A model generated the notes under the pieces. The model searched no databases and had not been told where the DNA came from. It saw nothing but the letters and a program-made list of their open reading frames with translations. The position numbers were made by a program, and so were the translations under genes. 64,000 nucleotides of DNA, from assembly GCA_963752285.1 (NCBI GenBank), contig CAVVXN010000001.1:96001-160000 (forward strand). Direction: 5' to 3'. The DNA comes from an uncultured Planctomycetota bacterium (GTDB lineage: Bacteria > Planctomycetota > PLA2 > JAEUHO01). Below, piece by piece: positions 26,268 to 36,268 of the stretch (positions are counted from its first letter, which is position 1; each line of letters begins with the position of its first letter).

Positions 26268-27194
26268 TTGGATCCCGGGTCGTCCGTTCCGCTCCTGCCG
26301 TACCGTGAACCGCGCTGGGAACGCTCGGTCGCGAGCGTGGAGATCGACGACGAGAGAGGGCGCGCGCTCCTCGCGGCGTGGCCCGAGCTCGTCGGGCGGC
26401 CCTGGCGGCATCTCGAGGGCGGCCTTCGGTCGTCCGGTTTCCGGGTCGGCGACGACCTCGTGCTGCGCGTCGCGTCGTCCCCCGAACAGGACCTGGAGCG
26501 GGAGGCCGCGCTCCACGAACGCATGGCCGGGCGCGTCCGCGTGCCCCGCGTGCGGGGTCGCGCCCCCGGCGCGCTGCTCTTGGAGCACGTCCCGCACGCC
26601 GAGCTGCCCGACACGGCGGCCGCCGGTGGCGCCGCGGGACGCGCCGCGGCGCGAATCCACGCGTTCGGGTACGAGCGGAGCGGGTTCCTCGACGCGCACC
26701 TCGACGTCGTCGATCCGTTCCCCGACGCGCTGACCGGGCTCCTCGGGTGGACGACGTCGTGTCTCGCCGGGCCGGCCGGGCGGACCCTCGGCCCGCGTGT
26801 CGCGCGCGTCCGTGACGCGTGGCAGGAGGCGCACGCGGCGCTCGTCCGCGCCACCGAGCGACCCGTCCTCCTGCACGCCGACTTCAAGCCCGCGAACGTG
26901 AAGTGGCTGCCCGGCGAAGGGGACGTGGTCGTGTTCGACTGGGAGTTCTCGTGGGCCGGCCCCGCGCTGATGGACGTCGGACAGATGTTCCGTTGGGGCG
27001 CGTCGGCGGAGTTCACCTCGGCCTTCGCGTCGGCGTACCGGGCCGAGGGGGGAACGATGTCCGAGGGGTGGGCGCGGACCGCGGCGCTCCTGGACCTCTT
27101 CAACCTGGTCGGCCTCCTCGACCACCTCGAGCCGATGCCGCGCCGCGACGGCGACCTGCTGGACGCCGTGGATCGGACCCTCGGGACGCGGTAG
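26268..27194 (+). CDS. Aminoglycoside phosphotransferase (APH)-family kinase
   Basis: LLHADFKPANV and DWEF motifs; start codon uncertain. Confidence 0.85.
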   Translation: MDPGSSVPLLPYREPRWERSVASVEIDDERGRALLAAWPELVGRPWRHLEGGLRSSGFRVGDDLVLRVASSPEQDLEREAALHERMAGRVRVPRVRGRAPGALLLEHVPHAELPDTAAAGGAAGRAAARIHAFGYERSGFLDAHLDVVDPFPDALTGLLGWTTSCLAGPAGRTLGPRVARVRDAWQEAHAALVRATERPVLLHADFKPANVKWLPGEGDVVVFDWEFSWAGPALMDVGQMFRWGASAEFTSAFASAYRAEGGTMSEGWARTAALLDLFNLVGLLDHLEPMPRRDGDLLDAVDRTLGTR

Positions 27195-27286
27195 CCCCGC
27201 CGACGTCGAAGGCCGACGGCGTGCGGGACGCAGGCGGGGCGGGTACGCTCGCGCCCCCAGGGCACGGAGGCGGGAGGAGCGTCGGG

Positions 27287-29035
27287 ATGGCCGCCGACAC
27301 GAACCGGGTCGCCGGGATCGACCTCGGGACCACGAACAGCTCGATCGCCGTGTTCGAGGACGGACGCGTCCGCGTCCTTCCGAACGCGCTGGGCGAACCC
27401 CTCACGCCCTCCGTGGTGGCGTGGGACGAGCGCGAGCGGCGCATGCTCGTCGGCCGCACGGCGAAGGACATCTGGGCGCTCCACCCGGACCGTGGCGCCG
27501 GCCTCTTCAAGCGCGCCATGGGGACGAACCGCGTGTACCGGGTCGGACCGCAGCTTCTGACGGCGATCGAGCTGAGCGCGCTCGTCCTCCGGGATCTCAA
27601 GGAGAACGCCGAGCGCTCGCTCGGCGAGATCGTCGAGCGGGTCGTCATCACGGTGCCCGCCTACTTCAACGAGGACCAGCGCCTCGCGACGCGGCAGGCC
27701 GGCGAGCGCGCGGGATTCTGCGTCGAGCGCATCCTGAACGAGCCCACGGCGGCGGCCATCGCGCACGGGCTCCACCGGCGCAAGAGCGAGGCGGTGCTGC
27801 TGGTGTTCGATCTCGGCGGCGGCACGTTCGACGTGTGTGTCATGGAACGCTTCGAGGGGAACCTCGAGGTCAAGAGCGTCGCGGGCGAGAGCATGCTCGG
27901 CGGCGAGGACTTCACGCGTCGCATCGCCGGCGCGGCGCTCGAGCGCTTCGGGCTCCCCTTCGAGATCGCGGAGATGGAGGATCCGGAGGCGCTGGCCCTG
28001 CTCGTCAAGCGGGCCGAGCTCCTGAAGCGCGGTCTCGCCGGCGCGACGACGGGGAGCCCCCCGCCCGCCCTCCGCATCCCGCCGTTCGGCACGCGTCTGA
28101 AGGAGGAGCAGTCGGTCCCGGTCGGCGCCGCGATCCTCGACGACGCCTTCGCGCCCCTGCTCTCCCGGCTGACCGGGCCCGTGCGCACCGCGCTCCGGAG
28201 CGCGCACCTCACGCGCACCGACGTGGACGAGCTGATCCTGGTGGGCGGCGCCACGCGGCTGCCGCAGGTCGTCCAGCTGGTCTGCGAGCTCCTGCCGGTC
28301 GCTCCGCACGACGGCGTGGATCCCGACCTGGCCGTCGCGTACGGCGCGGCGATCCAGGGCGCCCTCTACGCCCGCGAGGAGGCGGTCTCGGACCTCGTGG
28401 TCACCGACATCGCGTCCCACAGCCTCGGCGTGGACACGTGCAAGGTCTTCGGCGCCGAACATCGCGGGGGCTACTTCTCCCCGATCATCCACCGGGGAAC
28501 GGTGATCCCCACCTCGCGCGCGACCACCTTCACCACGATCGACGCGAACCAGACGGTCATGGTCCTCGGCGTGTACGAGGGCGAGGCGCGGCACGTGAAG
28601 GACAACCGGAAGATCGGCGAGCTGCGCGTGAGCGGCATCCCGAAGGGACCGCCGGGTAAGGGCGTCGAGGTCACGTTCACGTACGACCTCGACGGCATCC
28701 TCCAGGTGGACGCGCGGGTTCGCGACACGGGCGCCACGTTCTCGAAGGTGTTCCACCGCACGGGGCGAGAGCTCGACGCCGACGAGGCCGCGGCGGCGGC
28801 CGCCCGCCTCGCGGAGCTCAAGGCCGACCCGTGCGAGGCGCCCGCCGTGCGCGATCTGATCGCGCGGGCCGAGCTCTTGCTCCGCGACGTGAGCGCCGAG
28901 GAACGACGGCAGCTCGAGCAGGGGCTCGACGCCCTCGAGCACGCGCTCCTCGACCGCGACGCCGCGCGCATCGAGGAGGCGCGCGCCCACCTCGAGTCGC
29001 TCTGCCAGGAGCTCGACGGCGGGGACCGCTGGTGA
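27287..29035 (+). CDS. Hsp70 family chaperone, HscC-like
   Basis: GIDLGTTNS, VITVPAYF, NEPTAAA, DLGGGTFD, LVGGATR; FTYDLDGIL and a short C-terminus, as in HscC. Confidence 0.92.
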   Translation: MAADTNRVAGIDLGTTNSSIAVFEDGRVRVLPNALGEPLTPSVVAWDERERRMLVGRTAKDIWALHPDRGAGLFKRAMGTNRVYRVGPQLLTAIELSALVLRDLKENAERSLGEIVERVVITVPAYFNEDQRLATRQAGERAGFCVERILNEPTAAAIAHGLHRRKSEAVLLVFDLGGGTFDVCVMERFEGNLEVKSVAGESMLGGEDFTRRIAGAALERFGLPFEIAEMEDPEALALLVKRAELLKRGLAGATTGSPPPALRIPPFGTRLKEEQSVPVGAAILDDAFAPLLSRLTGPVRTALRSAHLTRTDVDELILVGGATRLPQVVQLVCELLPVAPHDGVDPDLAVAYGAAIQGALYAREEAVSDLVVTDIASHSLGVDTCKVFGAEHRGGYFSPIIHRGTVIPTSRATTFTTIDANQTVMVLGVYEGEARHVKDNRKIGELRVSGIPKGPPGKGVEVTFTYDLDGILQVDARVRDTGATFSKVFHRTGRELDADEAAAAAARLAELKADPCEAPAVRDLIARAELLLRDVSAEERRQLEQGLDALEHALLDRDAARIEEARAHLESLCQELDGGDRW

Positions 29036-29934
29036 GCGAGGTGGACGCAGCGCTCCTCGACGCGGTGCGACACGCGCCGGACGCCCCGGCGGCGCGACGC
29101 GCGGTGGCGGCGGCGATGGCGGCGACGCCGGACGCCGCGCCCGGACGCGTCCGAATCCTCCGTCGCGCGCTGGCGCGTCGTCTCGCGGAGCTCGAGCGCG
29201 CGCGCGCGCCCCGGGCGACCGGCGGCGCGGCCGCACCGGCGGTCGAGGCGCGCCCCGGGATCGGGAGCGCGGGCGACTGGCGCCGCGCGTGGCTCGACCC
29301 GACGACCGACCCGCACGCCCTGTCGGCGTGGCTCGACGACCTCTGGTCGCGGGACGCGGACGCCGCGGAGCGCCTCGCGCGGCTCCTCGACGCCCGCGAG
29401 GAGTGGTTCGCGCTCCACGCCGCGGGCGGGCTCGGCGACGCCGTGGGGTCGGTCCTCGAGCGCTGGGTCCGTACGGGCAACACGCCCGGCGCGCGCGAGG
29501 CACTCCGGCGGACCCTTCCGGCGGGTCGCAAGATCCTCGACCGGATCGAACGCGAGGCCCCGCGACTCTTCGCCGCCGAGGAGACGCTCCTTCGTCCTCT
29601 CGTGGACCGCGCGTACGCGAAACGCCTCGCGCGATCGTCCGTGCGGCGGCGCGCGACGCCGCGACGGACGGGCGGCGTCTTCGCGACCGTCTTGGTGACG
29701 CTGTGGCTCCTGAACCAGTGCCGGCGTGCGGGACCCGTGGCCCCGCACGACGCGGCGACGCCCCCGACGACGTCGTCGGAGGACGCGCGCGGGGACGTCC
29801 ACGAACGGCAGGGGCCGGTCCCCCGGGACGCGGAGGGCCCGGAGGGGCTCCCCGGAACGCCGGCGGCCGCGGCACCGGGCGCGGAGCCGACGACCGCGCC
29901 CCCGGCGTCCGACGCGCCGGGGGGCGAGCGTTGA
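29032..29934 (+). CDS. Hypothetical membrane-anchored protein in the Hsp70 operon
   Basis: GTGA and TTGA overlaps with both neighbours; one hydrophobic segment (VFATVLVTLWLL). Confidence 0.6.
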   Translation: MSEVDAALLDAVRHAPDAPAARRAVAAAMAATPDAAPGRVRILRRALARRLAELERARAPRATGGAAAPAVEARPGIGSAGDWRRAWLDPTTDPHALSAWLDDLWSRDADAAERLARLLDAREEWFALHAAGGLGDAVGSVLERWVRTGNTPGAREALRRTLPAGRKILDRIEREAPRLFAAEETLLRPLVDRAYAKRLARSSVRRRATPRRTGGVFATVLVTLWLLNQCRRAGPVAPHDAATPPTTSSEDARGDVHERQGPVPRDAEGPEGLPGTPAAAAPGAEPTTAPPASDAPGGER

Positions 29935-31442
29935 CGAACGACGACGCCCTGCCTGCGACCGAGGACCCGTTCGAGCTCCTGGGCCTCCCGCGCACCGCGG
30001 ACGAGGTCGAAGCGCGGCGCGCGTACGTCCGGCTCGCGAAGCGGTTTCGCCCCGAGACGCACCCGGTCGCGTTCCGGCGCGTCCGTCGCGCGTGGGAGGA
30101 CGTGCGGGACTGGATCCGGTGGGTGCGGGGAGCGGACGCTCCCGAGCACGACGAACCCGGGGACCGACGCGCCGCTCACCTCGCCCGCGCGGAGGCCGCG
30201 CGGTCCCGTGCCCACCCCCTTTGGGCCGACGCGGCGCGTGGCGACGTCGGAGCGGCCCGCGCGCGGGCCCGGGCCTGGGTCCGCGACGAGCCCGCATCCG
30301 AGGAGGCCTGGACGCACCGCTACCTCCTCGAGGACGTGTTCGTGTCCCGCGAGGCCGCCACGTCGGTCCTGGAGGAAGCGTTCGCCTCGACGGCCGCCCC
30401 CGCGAGCGTCGCGCTCCGCCTGCTCGAGCGCTCCGAGCGCGAGGCCGTGGCGCGCGGACCGGAATGCGCGTGGGAACGGCTCTCGCGATGGACGGACCGG
30501 AAGGCCGCCCTCGCGTGGATGGGCCTCCGTGTGAGCGTCGGCCTCCGCGACGGTCGCGCCGGAGCGCTGGCGGAAGAGGTGCTCGGCCCGGCCTTCGAGG
30601 ACGACGCGCGCGACGACCCCGCCCTGGAGCACCTGGCGTGGGTCGTGATGGTCGGCGCGGCGCGGGAGGCCCCCGAACGGGCCGCCGAGATCGCGAAGCG
30701 CTACCCGCAGGTCGCCACGCCCGGCGGCTGGACCCCGTGGGAACAGCTCGAGGTGGTGCGCGAGGTCGCCGCCGGCCTCTCCCGCTGGGCCGGCGACGAC
30801 CCGCACCGTGGGGAGCTCGCCCGCTTCGTGGCGGTCGCGGGCGTCCTCGACATCGCGACGGTCGCGCCGTGGGCCTCGCGCCTCGCGCGCGACTTTCGCG
30901 CGCGCCCCGAGCTCTGGTTCGACGACCTCCTCGACCTCGACCGCGAGGCGAAGGACGCCCTCGGTCTCTTCTCGCGGACGATCCGCAACGAACCGCTGCT
31001 CCCGCCCGGCCCCCTGTCGGTGAGGCGCGTCCTCGCGGTGCTCCACGGGGTGGAGGACCGCGTGCGTCGCTGGAAGCGTCGTCGCTTCCGCCGCGCGTAC
31101 CTCGTGGCCATCGTCCTCGTCGGCGCCGCGCTCGGGGCGGGCTTTCGGGGCTGGGCGATGCCCGTCGCCATCGTGTCCATGATCGCGCTCGACCTCTCGC
31201 GAGCCCGACGGCGGTACGAGAAGCTCGTGCGGCGGCCCCTGCTCCGCCTCGTGCTCGAACACGCCGTTCCCCCCGAGCGGCTCTCCCCGCTGATCGAGCG
31301 GAACCGGCGCACCCTCGACGCGCTTCACGACCTGCAGGAGCTCGTGCGGGAGGACGAGGCCCTCGAGGCGGTCTACTGGGCCCGCCGCATGGCCGAGATC
31401 GCGCCCGCCCACCGCGCCGCCACGCCCGACGAGACCGGTTGA
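29931..31442 (+). CDS. J-domain membrane protein (DjlB/DjlC-like)
   Basis: DPFELLGL..RRAYVRLAKRFRPETHPVAFRRVRRAWE; two C-terminal hydrophobic helices. Confidence 0.8.
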   Translation: MTNDDALPATEDPFELLGLPRTADEVEARRAYVRLAKRFRPETHPVAFRRVRRAWEDVRDWIRWVRGADAPEHDEPGDRRAAHLARAEAARSRAHPLWADAARGDVGAARARARAWVRDEPASEEAWTHRYLLEDVFVSREAATSVLEEAFASTAAPASVALRLLERSEREAVARGPECAWERLSRWTDRKAALAWMGLRVSVGLRDGRAGALAEEVLGPAFEDDARDDPALEHLAWVVMVGAAREAPERAAEIAKRYPQVATPGGWTPWEQLEVVREVAAGLSRWAGDDPHRGELARFVAVAGVLDIATVAPWASRLARDFRARPELWFDDLLDLDREAKDALGLFSRTIRNEPLLPPGPLSVRRVLAVLHGVEDRVRRWKRRRFRRAYLVAIVLVGAALGAGFRGWAMPVAIVSMIALDLSRARRRYEKLVRRPLLRLVLEHAVPPERLSPLIERNRRTLDALHDLQELVREDEALEAVYWARRMAEIAPAHRAATPDETG

Positions 31443-31545
31443 GGCGCCCGGCGGCGGACGGCGAGCCGTGCGGGGTCGGTCCGGATGGCCCTCGCGACGC
31501 AGGGTCGATATCCTCCCCCTTCTGTCGTTCGTCCGAGGAGGTGTC

Positions 31546-33573
31546 ATGCGGTCCCGCCTTCTCTTCGTCGCGACCGCGCTCGCCGTCCTCCTCACGGTAC
31601 CGGCGCGCGCGCGGGGCGGCGACGCCTCGCCCCTCACCGAGGCCGACCAGCGGGCCTTCGCCTGGTTCGACGGGATCGGCCTCCCCTCCACCGCGGGGAA
31701 GCCGTACGTCCGCGTCACCTGGACGAACGCCGCCGCCGGGGAGGACGCGCCGCGGGACGAGCGCGTGTGGGAGGTGGACGGGTTCCTCATCGACGAGAAG
31801 GACGGCACGATGACGCTGCTCGACGCGGACGGTTGGCCCCGTCGCGTGGAGCGGAGGGGCCTCGGTGCCTGGTCGGGGCGCGTGGACGAGCTCGACCTCG
31901 CCCGGGTCGCGGCGGAGGTGTCGGCGCGCCTCCGCGCGTTCGCCGAGGACCCGGCTTCCGTCGAGCCTGCGCGCGTCGTGTTCCGTGGCGTGCGGGGTCT
32001 GGTGGGGACCGCCTCCCAGTCGCTCCTCTTCGCCCGTCACGTCGCGGAGCACCATCTCGACGCCGCCGCGCACGAGATCCTCGAGGCGGCGCGCGCCCTC
32101 CCGGCGACCGACCCGTCGACGACCGCGCCGGCGCCCATCGAGGAGACGGCACGGCGCCAGATGGCCGACGCCGTGATCTGGCGCATCGTCTTCGACTTCG
32201 CCGAACGGGATGTCTCGCGGGCGCGCCTGCTCGAGCGCTACCGCGGATGGCAACGGAGCTTCCCGAAGAGCGAGCACCAGGAGCGCGTCGCCGCGGCGAT
32301 CCGGGTCCTCGAGCCGATGGTGAAGGAGGACGCGACCCACCCGGGCATCTCCGACGAGGCCCTCGGGACGCTCTCCCCCGACCTCCAGGCGCGCGAGTGG
32401 GTGTTCCGGCTCCGCGACCAGGGCGGCGACGTCTCGGTCGGACGGGCGGGCGTTCGTCTCGAACCCGACGAGGACGACACGCCGCTCGACCACCTCGTCT
32501 CGCTGGGCCTCGTGGCCGCGCCCGCGCTCGTGGACGCCCTCACGGACGCGCGATTCACGCGCGCGGTCCTGTTCCGCTTCGACGCGGACTTCGCGCGCCA
32601 GCACGTGGCCCGCGTCGGCGACATGGCCGAGGTCGCGCTCGAACGGATCACGCACCAGAGGAACTGGGAGCCCACGGCCGACGCGCCGTCGATGTTCGAC
32701 GCCGGCGCGGCGGAGGGCGTCCAGGAGAGGTGGCGCGCCTGGCTCGCCCGCGCGACCGACCTGACCGCCGCGCTCGTCGCGCTCGCGGCGGAGAAGGACC
32801 CCGCGCGGCGTGTCGAGATGGCCCGCGCGCTGCCCGATCGCGGCGCGGGTCCCCTCGGCGGCGCCCCGCGCGCGGTCTGGGGGACGAGCAGCTTCACGCG
32901 CGCGGTCCCCGGGCTCGACGACGCCGCCGCGAAGGACCTCCTCGAGGTGGTCCTCGCCAACGCCCCGAGCCCGCGCATGCAGACGCTCGCCGCCTGGGCG
33001 CTCCTCGACCTCGGCGACGAGCACGCCGTCGAGGCCGTGATCGACATCTGGAACGGCCTCGACGACGAGGAGCGTGCGGACCCGGAGCAGGGCGGGACCG
33101 TGGCCTCGTTCCTCGCCGCGTGCAACGACCCATCGGCGGTGAGCGCGCTCGCGAACGGACTCGACGCGCGGCCCCCGGCCGTGCGCGAGATCGCGGTCCT
33201 CGCCTTCCTGGGCGAGGGACTCGGCGCGGTGCGGGGCTTCTCCGCGGACCCGCCCGCCGGATGGCGCACGGACTGGGCGCTCGAGGGCGCCGCCGCGGAC
33301 GCCGCGGAGGACCTGCTCGGCGCGCGTCTCGCCGACCTCGACGTCGAACCGCTCGGGCGGATCCCGCGACAGACGCCGCTCGCGGACTTCGACCCCTCCT
33401 TCGACGCCGGCCGTCGCATCGCGGACGTCGCGATCCGCGTCCTCGGCGCGCACTGGTCGTCCGTCTATCCCCTCGAGTCCGCGCCCGTGCGCACGGCCGA
33501 CGAGTGGGAGACGCTCCGCACCCGCTTCGAGAAGGCCTGGCACGACGCGGCGGCCCGTCGGGCCCCGCGCTGA
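31546..33573 (+). CDS. Secreted hypothetical helical (HEAT-like) protein
   Basis: GAGGAGG RBS, signal peptide ending PARA, HEAT-like segments (AAPALVDALTD; AAWALLDLGDEHAVEAV). Confidence 0.75.
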   Translation: MRSRLLFVATALAVLLTVPARARGGDASPLTEADQRAFAWFDGIGLPSTAGKPYVRVTWTNAAAGEDAPRDERVWEVDGFLIDEKDGTMTLLDADGWPRRVERRGLGAWSGRVDELDLARVAAEVSARLRAFAEDPASVEPARVVFRGVRGLVGTASQSLLFARHVAEHHLDAAAHEILEAARALPATDPSTTAPAPIEETARRQMADAVIWRIVFDFAERDVSRARLLERYRGWQRSFPKSEHQERVAAAIRVLEPMVKEDATHPGISDEALGTLSPDLQAREWVFRLRDQGGDVSVGRAGVRLEPDEDDTPLDHLVSLGLVAAPALVDALTDARFTRAVLFRFDADFARQHVARVGDMAEVALERITHQRNWEPTADAPSMFDAGAAEGVQERWRAWLARATDLTAALVALAAEKDPARRVEMARALPDRGAGPLGGAPRAVWGTSSFTRAVPGLDDAAAKDLLEVVLANAPSPRMQTLAAWALLDLGDEHAVEAVIDIWNGLDDEERADPEQGGTVASFLAACNDPSAVSALANGLDARPPAVREIAVLAFLGEGLGAVRGFSADPPAGWRTDWALEGAAADAAEDLLGARLADLDVEPLGRIPRQTPLADFDPSFDAGRRIADVAIRVLGAHWSSVYPLESAPVRTADEWETLRTRFEKAWHDAAARRAPR

Positions 33574-33595
33574 CCGGGAACCGGGAGACCCTCCC

Positions 33596-34960
33596 ATGCG
33601 TCTTCGCCGCGCCCGCCCCGTCGCGCTCGGACTCCTCGTCCTCGGGCTCCTCACACCGCCCGCGGCCCGTGCGGGGGAGGGAGACCTCCCCGAGGCGAAG
33701 CCCGTGCGCGTCGAGATCGCCGACGGGATGCGGCTCGCGGGGACGTTCTGGCCCGCGCGCGCCGCGCACGGCGCCGGCGTGGTCCTCCTCCACGACTTCC
33801 GACGCGACCGGAGCGCGTGGGACCGCGTCCTCCCCGCCCTTCGCGTGCGCGACGTCGCCGTCCTCGTCGTCGACGCGAGAGGCCACGGCGAGAGCGCGAA
33901 GCAGGGCGACGTGGACCTCTCCCTCGCGGTACGGAAGCGCGACCCGAAGGTCTTCGCCGCGATGCACGAGGACGCGATCGCCGCGGTGCGCTGGCTCGCG
34001 AAGGAGGGCGGGTGCGACCCGAGGCGCATCGCCCTGGTCGGCGCGGGGCTCGGGGGGTCGGTCGCCGTGGACGCCGCGCGCCGGCACCCGGACCTCGTCG
34101 CGGCGGTGCTCGAGATGACGCCGAGCGCCCGGTCCCTGGGCCTCGACACCCTCGCGAACGTGAAGGGCCTCCCGGCCGAGACGCCGCTGCTCCTCCTCGC
34201 GCACCGTGCGGACCTCGCGCTCGGAGCGAGCGAGCTCGTCGCGGCGCGGCCCGCGACGCGCCTCGTCGTCTACGACGACAAGGCGCCCGCGCAGGTCGTG
34301 GACGAGCCCACGTGGGCCCGCGGCACGGAGATGTTCGCCGGCATACCGCTCGTCGAGCAGACCGTCGCGAGCTTCGTGGCGGCGAAGACGGGCTCGAAGG
34401 TCGAGAACGTGGTGCTCGACGGCGTCGTCACCCCCGACGGCCCGGACGCCGACCCGTGGCCGGAGGCGATCGACGTCGGCCAGCCGGGCGGGGACGGCCG
34501 CGCCTGGGCCTTCCGGGTCGGGCACCGCGTGCTCTTCGGGGGAACGGCGCACGCCGGCGTCCACGGGCTCCGGTTCGAGGTGCAGACGGGGGACCACCAG
34601 GAGAAGAGCGCGGACGACGAGGACCAGCCGGGCCTCGCCCTCGGGCCGGGTCAGGTCGTGGGATTCGACCTCGACACGGGGCGCGTCCTCTGGTCGTGGG
34701 GCGGCATGGGGTCGGTGCCCGGCTTCCCGGGCATGGACACGTCGAAGCTCTTCGGCAAGACGTACCCGGTCGTGCGCGTGACCCACGACGAGGCGGGGAC
34801 GAGCTTCGAGGGCGAGTGGTACGTCCCGTCGTTCGGGTCCTCGGAGGGAGCGATGGACCTCCGCCTGCTCGTCCGGTTCGACCGGACGGCCCATCCCGGC
34901 CCGCGAGGCGGGATGATGGAGTTCGACCCCGTGCACGCCGTGGACGTCCCGTCGCGGTGA
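33596..34960 (+). CDS. Secreted alpha/beta-hydrolase-fold protein, apparently non-catalytic
   Basis: GVVLLH, DARGHGES, RIALVGAGLGG (no Ser nucleophile). Confidence 0.8.
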   Translation: MRLRRARPVALGLLVLGLLTPPAARAGEGDLPEAKPVRVEIADGMRLAGTFWPARAAHGAGVVLLHDFRRDRSAWDRVLPALRVRDVAVLVVDARGHGESAKQGDVDLSLAVRKRDPKVFAAMHEDAIAAVRWLAKEGGCDPRRIALVGAGLGGSVAVDAARRHPDLVAAVLEMTPSARSLGLDTLANVKGLPAETPLLLLAHRADLALGASELVAARPATRLVVYDDKAPAQVVDEPTWARGTEMFAGIPLVEQTVASFVAAKTGSKVENVVLDGVVTPDGPDADPWPEAIDVGQPGGDGRAWAFRVGHRVLFGGTAHAGVHGLRFEVQTGDHQEKSADDEDQPGLALGPGQVVGFDLDTGRVLWSWGGMGSVPGFPGMDTSKLFGKTYPVVRVTHDEAGTSFEGEWYVPSFGSSEGAMDLRLLVRFDRTAHPGPRGGMMEFDPVHAVDVPSR

Positions 34961-34996
34961 GGGGAGGCGCCTCGCGCCGGAACGAGGGAGAACGCG

Positions 34997-35362
34997 ATGG
35001 CCCGCAACGTCCTCGGTGGCCCGCTAGAGCTCTGCGGCACCGACCCGCCCACCGGCTTCTTCCGGTCGGGTCGGTGCGACACCGGGCGCGACGACCCCGG
35101 GCTCCACTGCGTCTGCGCCCGCATGACCGAGGAGTTCCTCGCCTTCAGCGCGCGGCGGGGAAACGACCTGACGATGCCCCTCCCGGCCATCTCGTTCCCG
35201 GGGCTCGTGCCGGGAGACCGGTGGTGCCTCTGCATCGCGCGCTGGAAGGAGGCGCTCGAGGCGGGCGTCGCCCCGCCCGTCGTGCTCGAGGCCACGCACA
35301 TGTCCACGTTGGAGTTCGTCTCGCTCGAGGACTTGCGGCGTCACGCGGTGGGCCCGGTCTGA
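34997..35362 (+). CDS. DUF2237 family protein
   Basis: NVLGGPLELCGTDPPTGFFRSGRCDT..GNDL..FPGLVPGDRWCLC..PPVVLEATH. Confidence 0.93.
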   Translation: MARNVLGGPLELCGTDPPTGFFRSGRCDTGRDDPGLHCVCARMTEEFLAFSARRGNDLTMPLPAISFPGLVPGDRWCLCIARWKEALEAGVAPPVVLEATHMSTLEFVSLEDLRRHAVGPV

Positions 35363-35393
35363 GGTCCGGCGCGCGGGCGGCCACGGAGGTCCG

Positions 35394-35768
35394 ATGAGAA
35401 CGCTTCAGTACGCCATCGTGTTCGTCTCGGACATGACCCGATCGGTGGCCTTCTACCGGGACGTGCTCGGCCTGCCCCTCCGCTTCGAGTCGCCGGGATG
35501 GAGCGAGCTCGCGAACGAGGGGACCACGATCGCGCTCCATGCGTCGTCGGCCGGCCGGGGCGAACCCGCGTCCGCCGAGGACCGGCCGGGAACGTGCCGT
35601 CTCGGCTTCCAGGTAGAGGACCTCGACGCGACGCATCGCCAGCTCCTCGAGCGCGACGTGACCTGTCTCTCGGCGCCGAAGGCGCAGGCGTACGGGATCC
35701 GGCAGGCCGTCTACGCCGACCCCGACGGCCTGACGTTCACGCTCGCTCAGCGCATGGCCCGCGGCTGA
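35394..35768 (+). CDS. VOC/glyoxalase family protein
   Basis: VSDMTRSVAFYRDVLGL..FQVEDLDA..DPDG. Confidence 0.92.
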   Translation: MRTLQYAIVFVSDMTRSVAFYRDVLGLPLRFESPGWSELANEGTTIALHASSAGRGEPASAEDRPGTCRLGFQVEDLDATHRQLLERDVTCLSAPKAQAYGIRQAVYADPDGLTFTLAQRMARG

Positions 35769-35789
35769 CGCGGCGATCGTCGTTCGGCG

Positions 35790-36209
35790 TCACTCGTCCG
35801 CCTCGCCGGCGAGGCGCGGACGCGCGCCGGGCCGGCGCAGGGTGAGCGCGATCCCGCCGAGGATCGTCGCGCTCGCGGCGACGATCCGCACGGTCGGCGC
35901 CTCGCTGAGAAGGGGGATCGCGGCCGCGGCCGCGAGGACCGGAACGGCGAGCGGCACGACCGCCGCGGGCGTCGCCTCGAGCCGCGGCAGCGCCGCATAC
36001 CCAGCGGCGTAGCCGAGGCCGGACGCGACCGCGCCGGACGCGATGCGCACGAGCGTGAACGTCGCCGGGTCGATGCCCCCGCGCGGCAACGCGTCCCGGC
36101 AGAGGAGGGAGTTGCCCGCGAACGCGACGAGCGCCACCGCGACCCAGGCGTAGGGCGGGGCGTCGCCGCCGGTGCGGGTCGCTTCGCTCGACGGTCGGGC
36201 CCTACCCAT
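35790..36209 (-). pseudogene. Half-length EamA/DMT transporter (probable in-frame internal deletion)
   Basis: N-terminal [25 protein letters not shown] is joined directly to the C-terminal-type VASGLGY..YAALPRL..LLSE. Confidence 0.65.
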
Positions 36210-36268
36210 GCGCGCATTCAAGAATGGTCCGGGGGGCTCGGCCGGAGAGCGACCCCCGGGAGGGCGCC

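Noticed and set aside
26268..27194. Antibiotic resistance gene call for the APH-like kinase
   Set aside because: The fold is shared by many small-molecule kinases, and the substrate cannot be inferred from motifs.
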